Positions 10,178-19,675 of a stretch of DNA of 64,000 nt are shown here, in pieces. Location of the stretch: contig CAWJQJ010000006.1 in assembly GCA_963844955.1 (NCBI GenBank), forward strand, positions 18,679-82,678, written 5' to 3'. How positions within the stretch are numbered: position 1 is the first letter of the stretch; the number at the start of each line of letters is the position of its first letter. This stretch comes from Methanotrichaceae archaeon (GTDB lineage: Archaea; Halobacteriota; Methanosarcinia; Methanotrichales; Methanotrichaceae). Below the pieces are notes generated by a model. It was not told the origin of the DNA. It was given only the letters and a program-made list of their open reading frames with translations, and made no database searches. Made by a program: the position numbers and the translations under genes.

Positions 10178-11878
10178 TTGAAGATCCTGCTCATGGGCAA
10201 TCCCAATGTGGGAAAGAGCGTCATATTTTCCCGGCTGACGGGAATCGAGGTCATCTCCGCCAATTATCCCGGCACCACCGTGGAGTACACGGAAGGGCGC
10301 ATGAAACTCGGCGAGCAGATGGCCACACTAGTGGACGCTCCCGGCGTCTATTCCCTCGATCCCACCTCCCGGGTGGAGGAGGTCAGCCGGGAGATCTTCG
10401 CCAAGGGCGCGGATGTGGTGGTGAACGTTATCGATGCCACCAATCTGGAGAGAAATCTCAACCTGACCTTACAGATCCTGGAACAGGGCGTGCCCACCGT
10501 CATCGCACTTAACCTCTGGGACGCTGCGACCAGAAAGGGCATCGAGATCGATGTGCCGGCCCTGGAGAAGGAATTGGGCGTCTCTGTTATTCCTACAGTG
10601 GCTGTGAGCGGCCAGGGCATCCGCGACCTGGTGGAGGCCCTGGCCGGGGCGAAGGTGCCGCCACCCATGCACTTCGCCTCCCCGGACCAGAGATGGGCTC
10701 GCATCGGCGAGATTGCCGCCCGGACGCAGAAGGTCATGCACCGCCATCCTTCCTTCTTCGACCGGCTGGAGGACATCTCCATCAAACCGCTGACGGGCAT
10801 TCCCATTGCCGTTCTGGTGCTCTACCTCTCCTTTGCCCTGGTGATTGAAGCCGGAGAGGCTGTGATACTGAAAGTTACCGATCCCATTTTTATTGCCTAC
10901 TCTCAGTTCATTACCGCCGTCGTTGAGAGCAACATCAGCTCGCCCTTGCTGCGCGAGATACTGATCGGAAATTCTCCTGAGCTTCTCAAGTCCTTCGGAA
11001 TTCTCACCACCGGCCTTTATATTCCGTTAGGCGTGGTCCTGCCTTTCCTGATCCCTTTTTACCTGGTGCTGGGCGTCCTGGAGGACATCGGCTACCTTCC
11101 CAGGCTGAGCATAATTTTGGATGCCCTCATGCACCGGATCGGCCTGCACGGGGCTGCCATTCTGCCCTGCGTCCTGGGAATGGGCTGCAGCGTGCCTGCC
11201 GTCCTTTCCGTGCGCATACTGGAGTCGCCCAAGCAGAGGTATCTGGCGGTCACGCTCATGACCATGGCCATCCCCTGCGCCTCGCAAAGCGCCATGATCT
11301 TCGGCATGCTGGCCCCTTACGGCATCAGCTACATTCTTGCCGTCTACCTCTCCCTCTTTACCGCCTTTGTGGTTACGGGCTTCCTGCTGCACAAGTTCAT
11401 AGGCGGAGAGTCTCCTGAGATCTTCCTGGAGATCCCGCCCTACCGCATGCCCGACTTCAGCTCGCTAATGAAGAAGACCTTCATCCGCATTCGCGAATTT
11501 TTAAAAGAGGCAGTGCCTTACATCGCTCTGGGCATGATGGTGATGAACTTCTTTTACCTCTCCGGCTTGATGCATATCATCGGCGAGACCTTGCGACCTG
11601 TCGTGTCCGGCCTCCTGGGGCTTCCCAGCGATGCAGCCACGGCATTGATCATCGGTTTCCTGAGGAAGGATGTGGGGATCGGCATGTTTGCGCCCCTGGA
11701 TCTCTCGCCGGCGCAGCTTGTCGTCGCCTCTGTGGTGCTTGCCATGTATTTCCCCTGTGTGGCTACATTTATGGTGATGCTGAAGGAATTGGGCCTTTCA
11801 GGAACCGTGAAGTCGGTGGCATTGAGGCTTCTGGCGGCGCTCTTGGTGGGGACAACCTTGAACCTTCTTCTGGTCTGA
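10178..11878 (+). CDS. feoB: Ferrous iron transporter B
   Basis: GNPNVGKS, NYPGTT, DAPG, NLWD GTPase motifs; LEDIGYLPR, GCSVPA and YFPC gate motifs. Confidence 0.95.
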   Translation: MKILLMGNPNVGKSVIFSRLTGIEVISANYPGTTVEYTEGRMKLGEQMATLVDAPGVYSLDPTSRVEEVSREIFAKGADVVVNVIDATNLERNLNLTLQILEQGVPTVIALNLWDAATRKGIEIDVPALEKELGVSVIPTVAVSGQGIRDLVEALAGAKVPPPMHFASPDQRWARIGEIAARTQKVMHRHPSFFDRLEDISIKPLTGIPIAVLVLYLSFALVIEAGEAVILKVTDPIFIAYSQFITAVVESNISSPLLREILIGNSPELLKSFGILTTGLYIPLGVVLPFLIPFYLVLGVLEDIGYLPRLSIILDALMHRIGLHGAAILPCVLGMGCSVPAVLSVRILESPKQRYLAVTLMTMAIPCASQSAMIFGMLAPYGISYILAVYLSLFTAFVVTGFLLHKFIGGESPEIFLEIPPYRMPDFSSLMKKTFIRIREFLKEAVPYIALGMMVMNFFYLSGLMHIIGETLRPVVSGLLGLPSDAATALIIGFLRKDVGIGMFAPLDLSPAQLVVASVVLAMYFPCVATFMVMLKELGLSGTVKSVALRLLAALLVGTTLNLLLV

Positions 11879-12148
11879 GAGAAAGAATTGAATGCATTTT
11901 TAAGGGTCTCAAAATAATAATTTAAAATTTATTTTTTTTTCATATGCTTGGGTAATGCAAAAATTTATAGGTAAGTATGGGGAATTGTCAGCCAGTGATG
12001 AAAAGTAAGGATTAAAAGACCTTGGGCAGATGATGCTGATATCTTGGGAAGGACACCAGGAAATCTTATTGATCTGGCCCATCCAGTCGTTATTGTCCTG
12101 GACTTATGTAATAAAAAATAGAATAAGTAATTGTGACTGTGAGGAAAT

Positions 12149-13177
12149 ATGAAGATCGACCATTTGCTATTTCAGATTGCTGTAGCCATGCTCTTCCTTT
12201 GCAGCTTATCTTTGGGAGGACTGGACCAATCCGGAAATATTGGCGCCGTGAATATGACTGCATCCGAGTTTCGCACAGAGGTTCCTTCAAGCAATTTGCA
12301 GGAATCTTTAGTTGATACCGGCGCGCCCGAAGCCACCTCCACCTACGGGGGAACGGAAAACGCCGTCTTCACACAAGAGGCACCTCCTGCTGCGGATCTG
12401 AAGAGGCTGACGCCTTCTTCCCTTTTTGCCAGCCCGCCCGGATACATGTACTATAATGGAGATTACCTGGCCTGGAGTGACTTTTCCGCAATCTTCCCCA
12501 GCGATAAACCGGGCCTGTGGATTGAGAGAGCAGTAAGCTGGACTTTCTATGCCACCTTGCCCTGGGGAAGCTGGACGAGAGAGCTGATCTACGTGCCGCA
12601 GGCCTCTCCAGTAACCATGTACGAGAGCTATCCCGGCGGCTACATTTTGGGATACAATATGGGATTGGTGCAGCCCGGCTACTACTACATCTGGTACTAC
12701 GCCGATACACTCGGACGGCACAGCAGCATCATCTCTACCAACGCCGGATACAGCAATGCCGTGGTGGTCGACGTCTATCCTGGAGCCCATTATAGCAAAC
12801 CCAATCCGCCAGAGCCCGGCCCGAAAGAGAAATGCGAGCAAAATCCCACCTGTGACTGGGTAAACGGCCAATGCTACTGCCGGGGCCTTGAAGACCCGGA
12901 GAAGGAGAAGTGCGAGCAGAGCGAGAATTGCGTCTGGGTCGATGGCCGGTGCAACTGCTTCATGCCGGAACCAGAACCGGAGCCCATGCCCGGACCCGTC
13001 CCCAACCCAAATCCCGAGCCTGAGCCATTCAATCCTGCCCCCAATCCGGTGGCAGAGTGCCAGAGCAATCCCGGGTGCCAGTGGACTGACGGCAGGTGCA
13101 ACTGCATGGGACTGGGAGGCGGCAGCGATTACAGCAATGATCAGGAGACAGGAGGGGATACTGGAACTGATATCTGA
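12149..13177 (+). CDS. Secreted protein with Tyr/Trp-rich domain and three Cys-rich repeats
   Basis: Signal peptide; C-x5-C-x-W-x2-G-x-C-x-C three times; Pro-Glu linker. Confidence 0.75.
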   Translation: MKIDHLLFQIAVAMLFLCSLSLGGLDQSGNIGAVNMTASEFRTEVPSSNLQESLVDTGAPEATSTYGGTENAVFTQEAPPAADLKRLTPSSLFASPPGYMYYNGDYLAWSDFSAIFPSDKPGLWIERAVSWTFYATLPWGSWTRELIYVPQASPVTMYESYPGGYILGYNMGLVQPGYYYIWYYADTLGRHSSIISTNAGYSNAVVVDVYPGAHYSKPNPPEPGPKEKCEQNPTCDWVNGQCYCRGLEDPEKEKCEQSENCVWVDGRCNCFMPEPEPEPMPGPVPNPNPEPEPFNPAPNPVAECQSNPGCQWTDGRCNCMGLGGGSDYSNDQETGGDTGTDI

Positions 13178-13281
13178 AGAATAATTCCTTTTTTTATCTC
13201 ATGCCGGAAAAACTCCAGTCCAAGCAACCTAAATGTGGCAGCGAAAGGCCTTTTCACCTTCGCTTGCAGACAATTTGGTTT

Positions 13282-14661
13282 CTAAGCTGCCCTGAGTGAG
13301 ACGGATACCGGATCGAAGATGGATTGGGGAAGCGTCTCTCCCAAGATAGCCTGAACTACCCTCTTGCCGCCGTAGATCGACGGCAGTATGCCTATGCCGT
13401 TGCAGCCTATGTTGTAGATCAAGGAAGGGCAGGCAGGGTCCGGTCCGATTACCCTGACTCCGCTGGAAGTATATCCCATGAGGCCGCTCCAGGAGAAATC
13501 CCGCCGCGTGTCTGCGGATGCATCGCTGGCAGTCTTCCTGTAGAATTTCTCGATTCGGGAACAGTATTCTTCCATCTCCGGGATATCCTCCGGGCTGTAC
13601 TTCTCCTTTTCCCCGAGGGGACGGTCAGGCCCACCCATACTGGTAAGCTCTCTTTTCGAGCCATCAATGTATCTTCGCCGGGTCAGGTAGTAGTATGCCT
13701 CCGAGGGACCTGACCTTGAGCCGAAGTAGACTGAGGCAGCTGGGGCTCTCTCTTTTTCATTCATGTAACCGACCATGAATCCCAACATGCCTCGCATGGC
13801 CCCCTTTATCGCGGCATCCACGCCCTCGATCTCCAGATCGTCATAGCCATTGGTGCAGAGAACCGCATACTTCGCATTAATCACGTTTTTGCCGGTCTCA
13901 AGAAACACGCCTTTGCCGGTGCCTGCGTTGCTGCCTGCGCCACCATCTACCGTGATCCTCTTGACCGGCGTATCCTCATGGATTCTGAACCTGCCGGGGT
14001 GCCGGTCCAGCATCCAGGAGAGCAGCTCTTCGCAAAAGAGGGCGCTATTCATCAAAACCACCCTTGCTCCCTTAGCGCACAAATAATTGCCATCTTGCGT
14101 CAGGAGCATCTCATCCAGTTCCTTTCTGGGCACTATCGTAAACAGGTATTGGTATTCTCGTGGAATGGCTCCGGCAACATCCTCTGCCAGGAGCATGTCT
14201 TCCTTGGGCAAGCCTAACCGCTCTATCAGCTTCAGCTCTCTGAGCATGAGCAGGACATCATCGATGGAAGAGAAGGCGAGATAAGCGGTGACCTCCTGCA
14301 AGTCGACATCGATTCCGGTCTCCTCGATTATCGAGTGCAGGAGTCCCCAGGCGCTATTTATCGCCTTCTGGCCTGCAGAGGCCAGATCCTCGCCAAATCT
14401 TTCGCAGAGTTCCTGCATGGAATGCTCGAAGGCGGCTAACGCCTGTCCGCCGTTATGGCCCGTGGCCCCGTGAGCCACCATGTTTTTTTCGATTAGCATT
14501 ACGCTCAGGTCCGTGTCGCGGAGAAGGAAGTAAGAGGTCACCACTCCGGAAATACCGCCACCCACTATGGCTACATCTGAATTTGCATCCTCCAAGAGAG
14601 CGAAAACCGGGCGGATTCTTCTCACCTGTCTGAGCCAGGGAGAGATGTTTTCATAGGCCAT
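13282..14661 (-). CDS. FAD-dependent oxidoreductase (DAO/glycine oxidase family)
   Basis: VAIVGGGISG, HGATGHNGG, VLCTNGY, WSGLMGYT motifs. Confidence 0.85.
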   Translation of the reverse strand: MAYENISPWLRQVRRIRPVFALLEDANSDVAIVGGGISGVVTSYFLLRDTDLSVMLIEKNMVAHGATGHNGGQALAAFEHSMQELCERFGEDLASAGQKAINSAWGLLHSIIEETGIDVDLQEVTAYLAFSSIDDVLLMLRELKLIERLGLPKEDMLLAEDVAGAIPREYQYLFTIVPRKELDEMLLTQDGNYLCAKGARVVLMNSALFCEELLSWMLDRHPGRFRIHEDTPVKRITVDGGAGSNAGTGKGVFLETGKNVINAKYAVLCTNGYDDLEIEGVDAAIKGAMRGMLGFMVGYMNEKERAPAASVYFGSRSGPSEAYYYLTRRRYIDGSKRELTSMGGPDRPLGEKEKYSPEDIPEMEEYCSRIEKFYRKTASDASADTRRDFSWSGLMGYTSSGVRVIGPDPACPSLIYNIGCNGIGILPSIYGGKRVVQAILGETLPQSIFDPVSVSLRAA

Positions 14662-14787
14662 ATTAGTCTATCATGATTTCGATTTCTTTAATTTGTTTTG
14701 GTCGACTGTCAGGAGCATACGGCCTTGATCACCTCAGACACTTCTCCGTCAGCAAGGATGGCAAGGACGAAATCCAAAGCGGGCGAA

Positions 14788-14943
14788 TTAGAGCTTGTCC
14801 TTGAGCAACTCGTAAACGAAATAGACCACAAATATAAATATCGCCACTCCAGCAAGGAACCACAGGGTTCTCCAGAGAGCAATGACGATTATGACTGCCA
14901 GAACCAGCAAAAGCAGTTTCTTAATACCACTATCGTTTCCCAT
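14788..14943 (-). CDS. Small 51-aa membrane protein (not in ORF track)
   Basis: Manual translation MGNDSGIKKLLLLVLAVIIVIALWRTLWFLAGVAIFIFVVYFVYELLKDKL; upstream GGAGG. Confidence 0.6.
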   Translation of the reverse strand: MGNDSGIKKLLLLVLAVIIVIALWRTLWFLAGVAIFIFVVYFVYELLKDKL

Positions 14944-15131
14944 GTCTTTTAATATGTCATCCTCCAATAAAACCGTTTGACAGAATTATATTCTCGCGAA
15001 TTCCGCTTAGGGATTGGAGGGGTGCTGATCATGCCCCCTGGCTGGCAACGCGAGAATGGGGCCCTGCCCTGTTTTTAGAACGGAAAAAGGGAAAATGGAT
15101 TGAGAAGACTGCAATCCGCTTCCCTGCGCCG

Positions 15132-15485
15132 TTACTTTGCGGTGGGATTCGACTCCCAGATACCAAAAGCATTGTTTTCAGTATCCATGCAGATTACGAA
15201 ATATCCCATTCCGGGAACGGCGTTCTTGGGCACAATTATTTTACCGCCCAGCTTTTCAACTTTCGCTGCATATTCGTCCACGGACGGCACTCCGATATAT
15301 TCTGTAATTTGTTGGTCTGGGTGCATTCTCTTCATCATACCCCCGCCGGGAGCGCCATAAACGTCGATCATCATATAATCCATGCCTTGCCAGCCTTCGA
15401 TCTTCCATCCAAAAAGGTTGGAATAGAATGCCTTTGCCCGTTGGATATCATCCACAGGTATCTCAAAGTGTACTATACTTGGCAT
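15132..15485 (-). CDS. VOC/glyoxalase family protein
   Basis: HFEIPVDD..RAKAFYSNLFGW, DTENNAFGIWE. Confidence 0.9.
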   Translation of the reverse strand: MPSIVHFEIPVDDIQRAKAFYSNLFGWKIEGWQGMDYMMIDVYGAPGGGMMKRMHPDQQITEYIGVPSVDEYAAKVEKLGGKIIVPKNAVPGMGYFVICMDTENNAFGIWESNPTAK

Positions 15486-15580
15486 TTCTTCTTTCCTCCT
15501 TAAGTTGTTATGTTGTTCCGGATTCTGCTTGATCTTTTTGCCGTTACATCTTGAATAGATTTTAAGACTATTGATCAGGA

Positions 15581-16552
15581 TTATTTCTGCTTTTTCAGGA
15601 GTTCTTCAAGGCGGTCCATGCTTTCGGTTGCCCCTTCCTTCATCCCTGAGTTGAACATGCCGTCACGATCCTCAACGGTCTGGAAGAGATCTGTGACTGT
15701 CAGTTTCGTTTTGCCTCCGAACTCTTCAAAGGCCGACGTTTCAAGTATCACATGGCCCGGCATGCCTTCAAATTCAAAGGTATGGACTTCTCGCTCCGGC
15801 GGCACAATTTCCCGATAGACGCCATTAAAAGCGTACTTATTGCCATCCTGGTCGCGCTGGATGAATCGCCAAACTCCTCCCGGTTTCACCTCCATCTTTT
15901 CAACGGTAGTCGTAAATCTTTTCGGCCCCCACCACTGCGGTATAAGATCAGGATTTGTGCTCGCCTTGAACACCAGCTCGCGCGGCGCGTCAAAGATGCG
16001 AGTTATGACGACCTCCCGATCTGACGCAAACTCAAACTTTGGGACATTTTTCCCGGATATAATCGATTTCTCCGTTTCCAGGTATTCTGCAAGCTTGTCG
16101 AAGGATTCGTTCCAGCCCTGCTCTGCGCCCTCACCATCCGGGCCTGCTGGCATGCCTGCATGTCGCAAGGTGAGCTTTGTCTTGCCATCGTGCTCTTCGA
16201 ACATCACCGTTATCAGCATTTCAAGCGGAAAGTCTTCGCCCATACCGTAGTGCGAAGCCGGGACAATGTTGCCTTTCTCATCTGCGAAAGAATCGGTCAT
16301 GACAAGTCGCTCGAATGGTACGATTTCGCGGTAGAAGCCTTTGCCCCAATAGTCCTTGCCATCGGGTGATCGCATGCAGCTGAATACCTCGCCACCCACT
16401 CGCAGATCTATCTTGAAAACCGGTGATGTAAAACCTCTGGGCCCCCACCAGTGCATGATGCGCTCGGGCTGTGTCCACGCCTTCCACACAAGTTCTCGAG
16501 GTGCATCAAAAAGGCGTGTGATGATTAAATCTCTCGTATCTCCCTTGGCCAT
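15581..16552 (-). CDS. Tandem SRPBCC (AHSA1-like) domain protein
   Basis: Two copies of ITRxFDAPRELV...WWGP. Confidence 0.88.
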   Translation of the reverse strand: MAKGDTRDLIITRLFDAPRELVWKAWTQPERIMHWWGPRGFTSPVFKIDLRVGGEVFSCMRSPDGKDYWGKGFYREIVPFERLVMTDSFADEKGNIVPASHYGMGEDFPLEMLITVMFEEHDGKTKLTLRHAGMPAGPDGEGAEQGWNESFDKLAEYLETEKSIISGKNVPKFEFASDREVVITRIFDAPRELVFKASTNPDLIPQWWGPKRFTTTVEKMEVKPGGVWRFIQRDQDGNKYAFNGVYREIVPPEREVHTFEFEGMPGHVILETSAFEEFGGKTKLTVTDLFQTVEDRDGMFNSGMKEGATESMDRLEELLKKQK

Positions 16553-16666
16553 TGGTTATTCATCCTTTGCCACAATATGTGTTTCAAAAATTATTTAAGT
16601 TTTATGACACAAACCTTAAAGATATGGCACGAAGTGCGAACGATGGGGCATTGCCCGGTCGTACTT

Positions 16667-16786
16667 GAGCACCTTGGCAAAATGAGTGATGGGACAGCCC
16701 AAAGGCCGGCGGCGGAAGATGTCACCCTCTTTTAGGTGTGCCTCGGGATTGAAGGGATGCAGATCCTCCCGGCAGGAGGGCTCGCC
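16667..16786 (-). pseudogene. Fragment of a methanogen Fe-S cluster protein gene, direct repeat copy 1
   Basis: Translates as GEPSCREDLHPF...[14 protein letters not shown]; about 85% identical over 120 bp to 18147-18266 (manual count). Confidence 0.55.
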
Positions 16787-17016
16787 TGGAAAGCGGCGCT
16801 GGGGCAAAGCTCGCCGCCTGGCAATCGGGCCATCGGGAGCATCGAGCAGGCACTCCCCGGCGCCAGGCGGGCACGCTCACGTGCGTGGGCAGGCGGGCCC
16901 GGGAGCGGCGGAGTTGGTTGCTTTAATTCTCTCTTGAACTCGGCTATTGCGATTAGCGGCTGATTATCACTTTTTCGTCCTCAAGCCCCACCTCCACGTC
17001 ATCACCCTAACAAGTC

Positions 17017-17484
17017 TCAACTGTCCGATTGCTCTTTGGATTTTTCCAGGAATCGCTCGATTGATTCAATAAATTCGTAGAAATCTTCCCTATGCTCAGT
17101 TAAAATCTTGTGAGCCAAAATGTCGTCGATCTTGCCGTATCTGTGGACGATTATATTTCTAAATCCTTTCATCTTTCGGATCTTTTCTGCCATATTCTGC
17201 GTTAGAATTCCAAAATTGACCAGGCTTTCCACAAAACTCTCCTCGTTTTCCGGAATGCTGAGGCGCAGGTCTGAGTTTATTATAGAGCAGACATCGATAA
17301 TATTTTCGATGGCGAATTCCATTCTCTTGTAGATTCCATCCTTTACCAGCCCGAGCTTTGAGAACTCCTCGAAGCTTGAGGGAAGATTCGCCTCTACAAG
17401 GCTCACGCTGTCCTCGATGTCAGCCAATTTTGATCTTATCAGCTCTTCTCTGAGATTTCTTTTTTTCGCCATTGCATGCCTCAT
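17017..17484 (-). CDS. HEPN/DUF86 ribonuclease toxin (HepT-like)
   Basis: GFRNIIVHRY (Rx4HxY) motif; adjacent to MNT. Confidence 0.9.
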   Translation of the reverse strand: MRHAMAKKRNLREELIRSKLADIEDSVSLVEANLPSSFEEFSKLGLVKDGIYKRMEFAIENIIDVCSIINSDLRLSIPENEESFVESLVNFGILTQNMAEKIRKMKGFRNIIVHRYGKIDDILAHKILTEHREDFYEFIESIERFLEKSKEQSDS

Positions 17485-17487
17485 GTT

Positions 17488-17865
17488 TTATGTGAGGGAT
17501 TCTATTCCCAGGTAATCGTAGTATCTGCGCTTGAAGGATTCAAACTCTTTAATGGTCTCATAGGCTTTGTCGTACATAAAGGGCGTATCATCCGAGTACA
17601 GGACCTTGCCCTTCAAGACCTGCATGCGCAAAGGAATAGGAAGCTGCTGGAAGATCTTGATATCATAGACATCATCAAAGAGCTCTGATAGGATTTTGAG
17701 GCGGAATTGGGAGGGATCTGCATCATCGTAGTATACGCAGATATCGATGTCCGAATCCTCTTTCATCCTGCCTTCTGAGGCTGAGCCGTAGAGGAATATG
17801 AATCTTACTTTATCTCCGCCGAGCGATTTAATCTTCTGCACTGCTGGATCAATTCTCTTGTGCAT
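17488..17865 (-). CDS. Minimal nucleotidyltransferase antitoxin (MntA-like)
   Basis: LYGSASEGRMKEDSDIDI (GSx10DxD) motif. Confidence 0.9.
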   Translation of the reverse strand: MHKRIDPAVQKIKSLGGDKVRFIFLYGSASEGRMKEDSDIDICVYYDDADPSQFRLKILSELFDDVYDIKIFQQLPIPLRMQVLKGKVLYSDDTPFMYDKAYETIKEFESFKRRYYDYLGIESLT

Positions 17866-18044
17866 TATGATTGATTCTCCCTGGGCTTCTTGGCGACCAT
17901 CTAGCTGATTCAGGCTCTTTAAGGGGAAAAGCTTTTCTGAGAAGTGCATTGGCCAGGTAAAGTTTATTCCTCAGCGAGACGCTCTCATGCTGGTGAGCCA
18001 GATTGATTAGTCAGGCTGAGATTCATAAAATTGTCTCAAGCGAA

Positions 18045-18270
18045 ATGATCGAGAATGCAAATGCCGATGTCCTCAGGGGCGGGCAGGTGCTGCAGCAGGT
18101 GCACCAGCCCTACCAGGTGCACCGTTACAATTCCCTGCTTATTCTCGAGCACCTTGGCAAAATGAGTGATGGGGCAGCCCAAAGGTCAGTAGCGGAAGAT
18201 GTCGCCCACTAACAGGTGCTCTTCGGGGTTGAAGGCATGCAGATCTTCCCGGCAGGAGGTCTCGCCGGCA
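18045..18270 (-). pseudogene. Fragment of a methanogen Fe-S cluster protein gene, copy 2 with internal stop
   Basis: AGETSCREDLHAF...[32 protein letters not shown]...DIGIC; no start, in-frame TGA. Confidence 0.55.
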
Positions 18271-18321
18271 GGAGCACTAGTGTTAAATTCCATAAGTGAC
18301 AATAGTAATTTGTGAAATTAT

Positions 18322-19059
18322 ATGATATATAGAAAAATCCTGCTATACTTAACGGTGTTTACCATATGCTCGATGACCAGCATTGCATGGGGACAGGACT
18401 ATCTTGGTGGAGGATACGTCGGACCTTATGGCGGTGATATGGCTCAATACTTCACAGATCCTATTTTTTACCCGAATCAACGCCCGGCATCGGAGCAGAT
18501 GTACTATCCCTACTTTGGTGCGGAGTTTTTCAGGGATTATGCTTATCCTTATCAATATAGAAACGGCACATATCCCGGACCCTATGGAATATACCCGTAT
18601 TATCAATCGCCTTTGTCTTCCGACTTTAGATTGAATTCTCTAGCTGGAATGACATGGGGGCCTTTCCAAAAGAACTGGTCTGCAACTATGGATTATGCGC
18701 AGAAGAAATCGTCATTAAGAGTCTATCCAAGGCCAACTTCCACTTATCCAGTCGTACAGATTCCTGCCACACTATATACAACCACACCGTCACCCACCAC
18801 AGCCACAGGTGATTCTACGGCCACAATAGTATCTCAAGGCATGAGAGGATATCAGGTTTTCCTGGATGGCAATTACATAGGCACGGAGGGAATGGGGGGA
18901 GATCCGCTTGATGGAAGGTTCAGTTTCGGTGTTGTCGGCAATCAGAACCATGATATCAGGGTCTTCGATGGTCAGTTCAACTACCCAAAGACAATGTTCT
19001 TCGAAAGAGGTGGAACAAAGATAATCAACGTGGAGCCGGGAACGGCGGTCTATATCTAG
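18322..19059 (+). CDS. Secreted Tyr/Pro-rich protein with C-terminal PEGA-like domain
   Basis: Signal peptide; YQVFLDGNYIGT. Confidence 0.7.
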   Translation: MIYRKILLYLTVFTICSMTSIAWGQDYLGGGYVGPYGGDMAQYFTDPIFYPNQRPASEQMYYPYFGAEFFRDYAYPYQYRNGTYPGPYGIYPYYQSPLSSDFRLNSLAGMTWGPFQKNWSATMDYAQKKSSLRVYPRPTSTYPVVQIPATLYTTTPSPTTATGDSTATIVSQGMRGYQVFLDGNYIGTEGMGGDPLDGRFSFGVVGNQNHDIRVFDGQFNYPKTMFFERGGTKIINVEPGTAVYI

Positions 19060-19259
19060 ATCGCCTTTCTTCTTTCAAAGATTGTGAAGTTCTGAAATTA
19101 TTTCGCGATGTCCTAATTTTATGGAGTCTGAATTATAGGCCTTTTCTGAAGTCTCCAGGCTTTGGAAATTCAAGCTTCCGTGGGTTCTACTTTTTACTAT
19201 CTTGTACATAGTCTTGCCTCAGTGCCGTAATCCTCGAAGAAGTAATTTCTGTGCCGCCG

Positions 19260-19545
19260 CTAATGAGCCTGTAAGCATAATAAAGCAGCAAAGGGCATAA
19301 CTACAGCCATATTAAAGCAATTGGCTTCGAAAGCAGTAATGACTCCATCGCTGAACATCAGCGCCTGCAGAACGAGGGCAACGGATATGGCAATCACTGC
19401 CGCCCACGGTCCCAGGATGATCCAGATTATTGCAGCACCCGTCGTGGCCGATGCTGCCTCCTGGAATCGGAACATTGAACATCATTATAACAAAAGAGAA
19501 CGCTGCTGCCAGGGCCAGCAGGGGAACCTGCCTGGACTTCAGCTA
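19260..19545 (-). pseudogene. cbiM: CbiM/NikM ECF cobalt/nickel transporter remnant
   Basis: PLLALAAAFSFVIMMFNVPIPGG, frameshift, then LGPWAAVIAISVALVLQALMFSDG...NCFNMAV; N- and C-termini missing. Confidence 0.75.
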
Positions 19546-19675
19546 AGAATTCTATTAACACAGTTAACGGAAAAGTTATGCTATCATGCTATATTTATCA
19601 AATATTGGCAGATATCTTAAAATAACATTAGGAAATACGTGTGAAAAAAAGGATTGTATATGAGGAGGGAATGAT

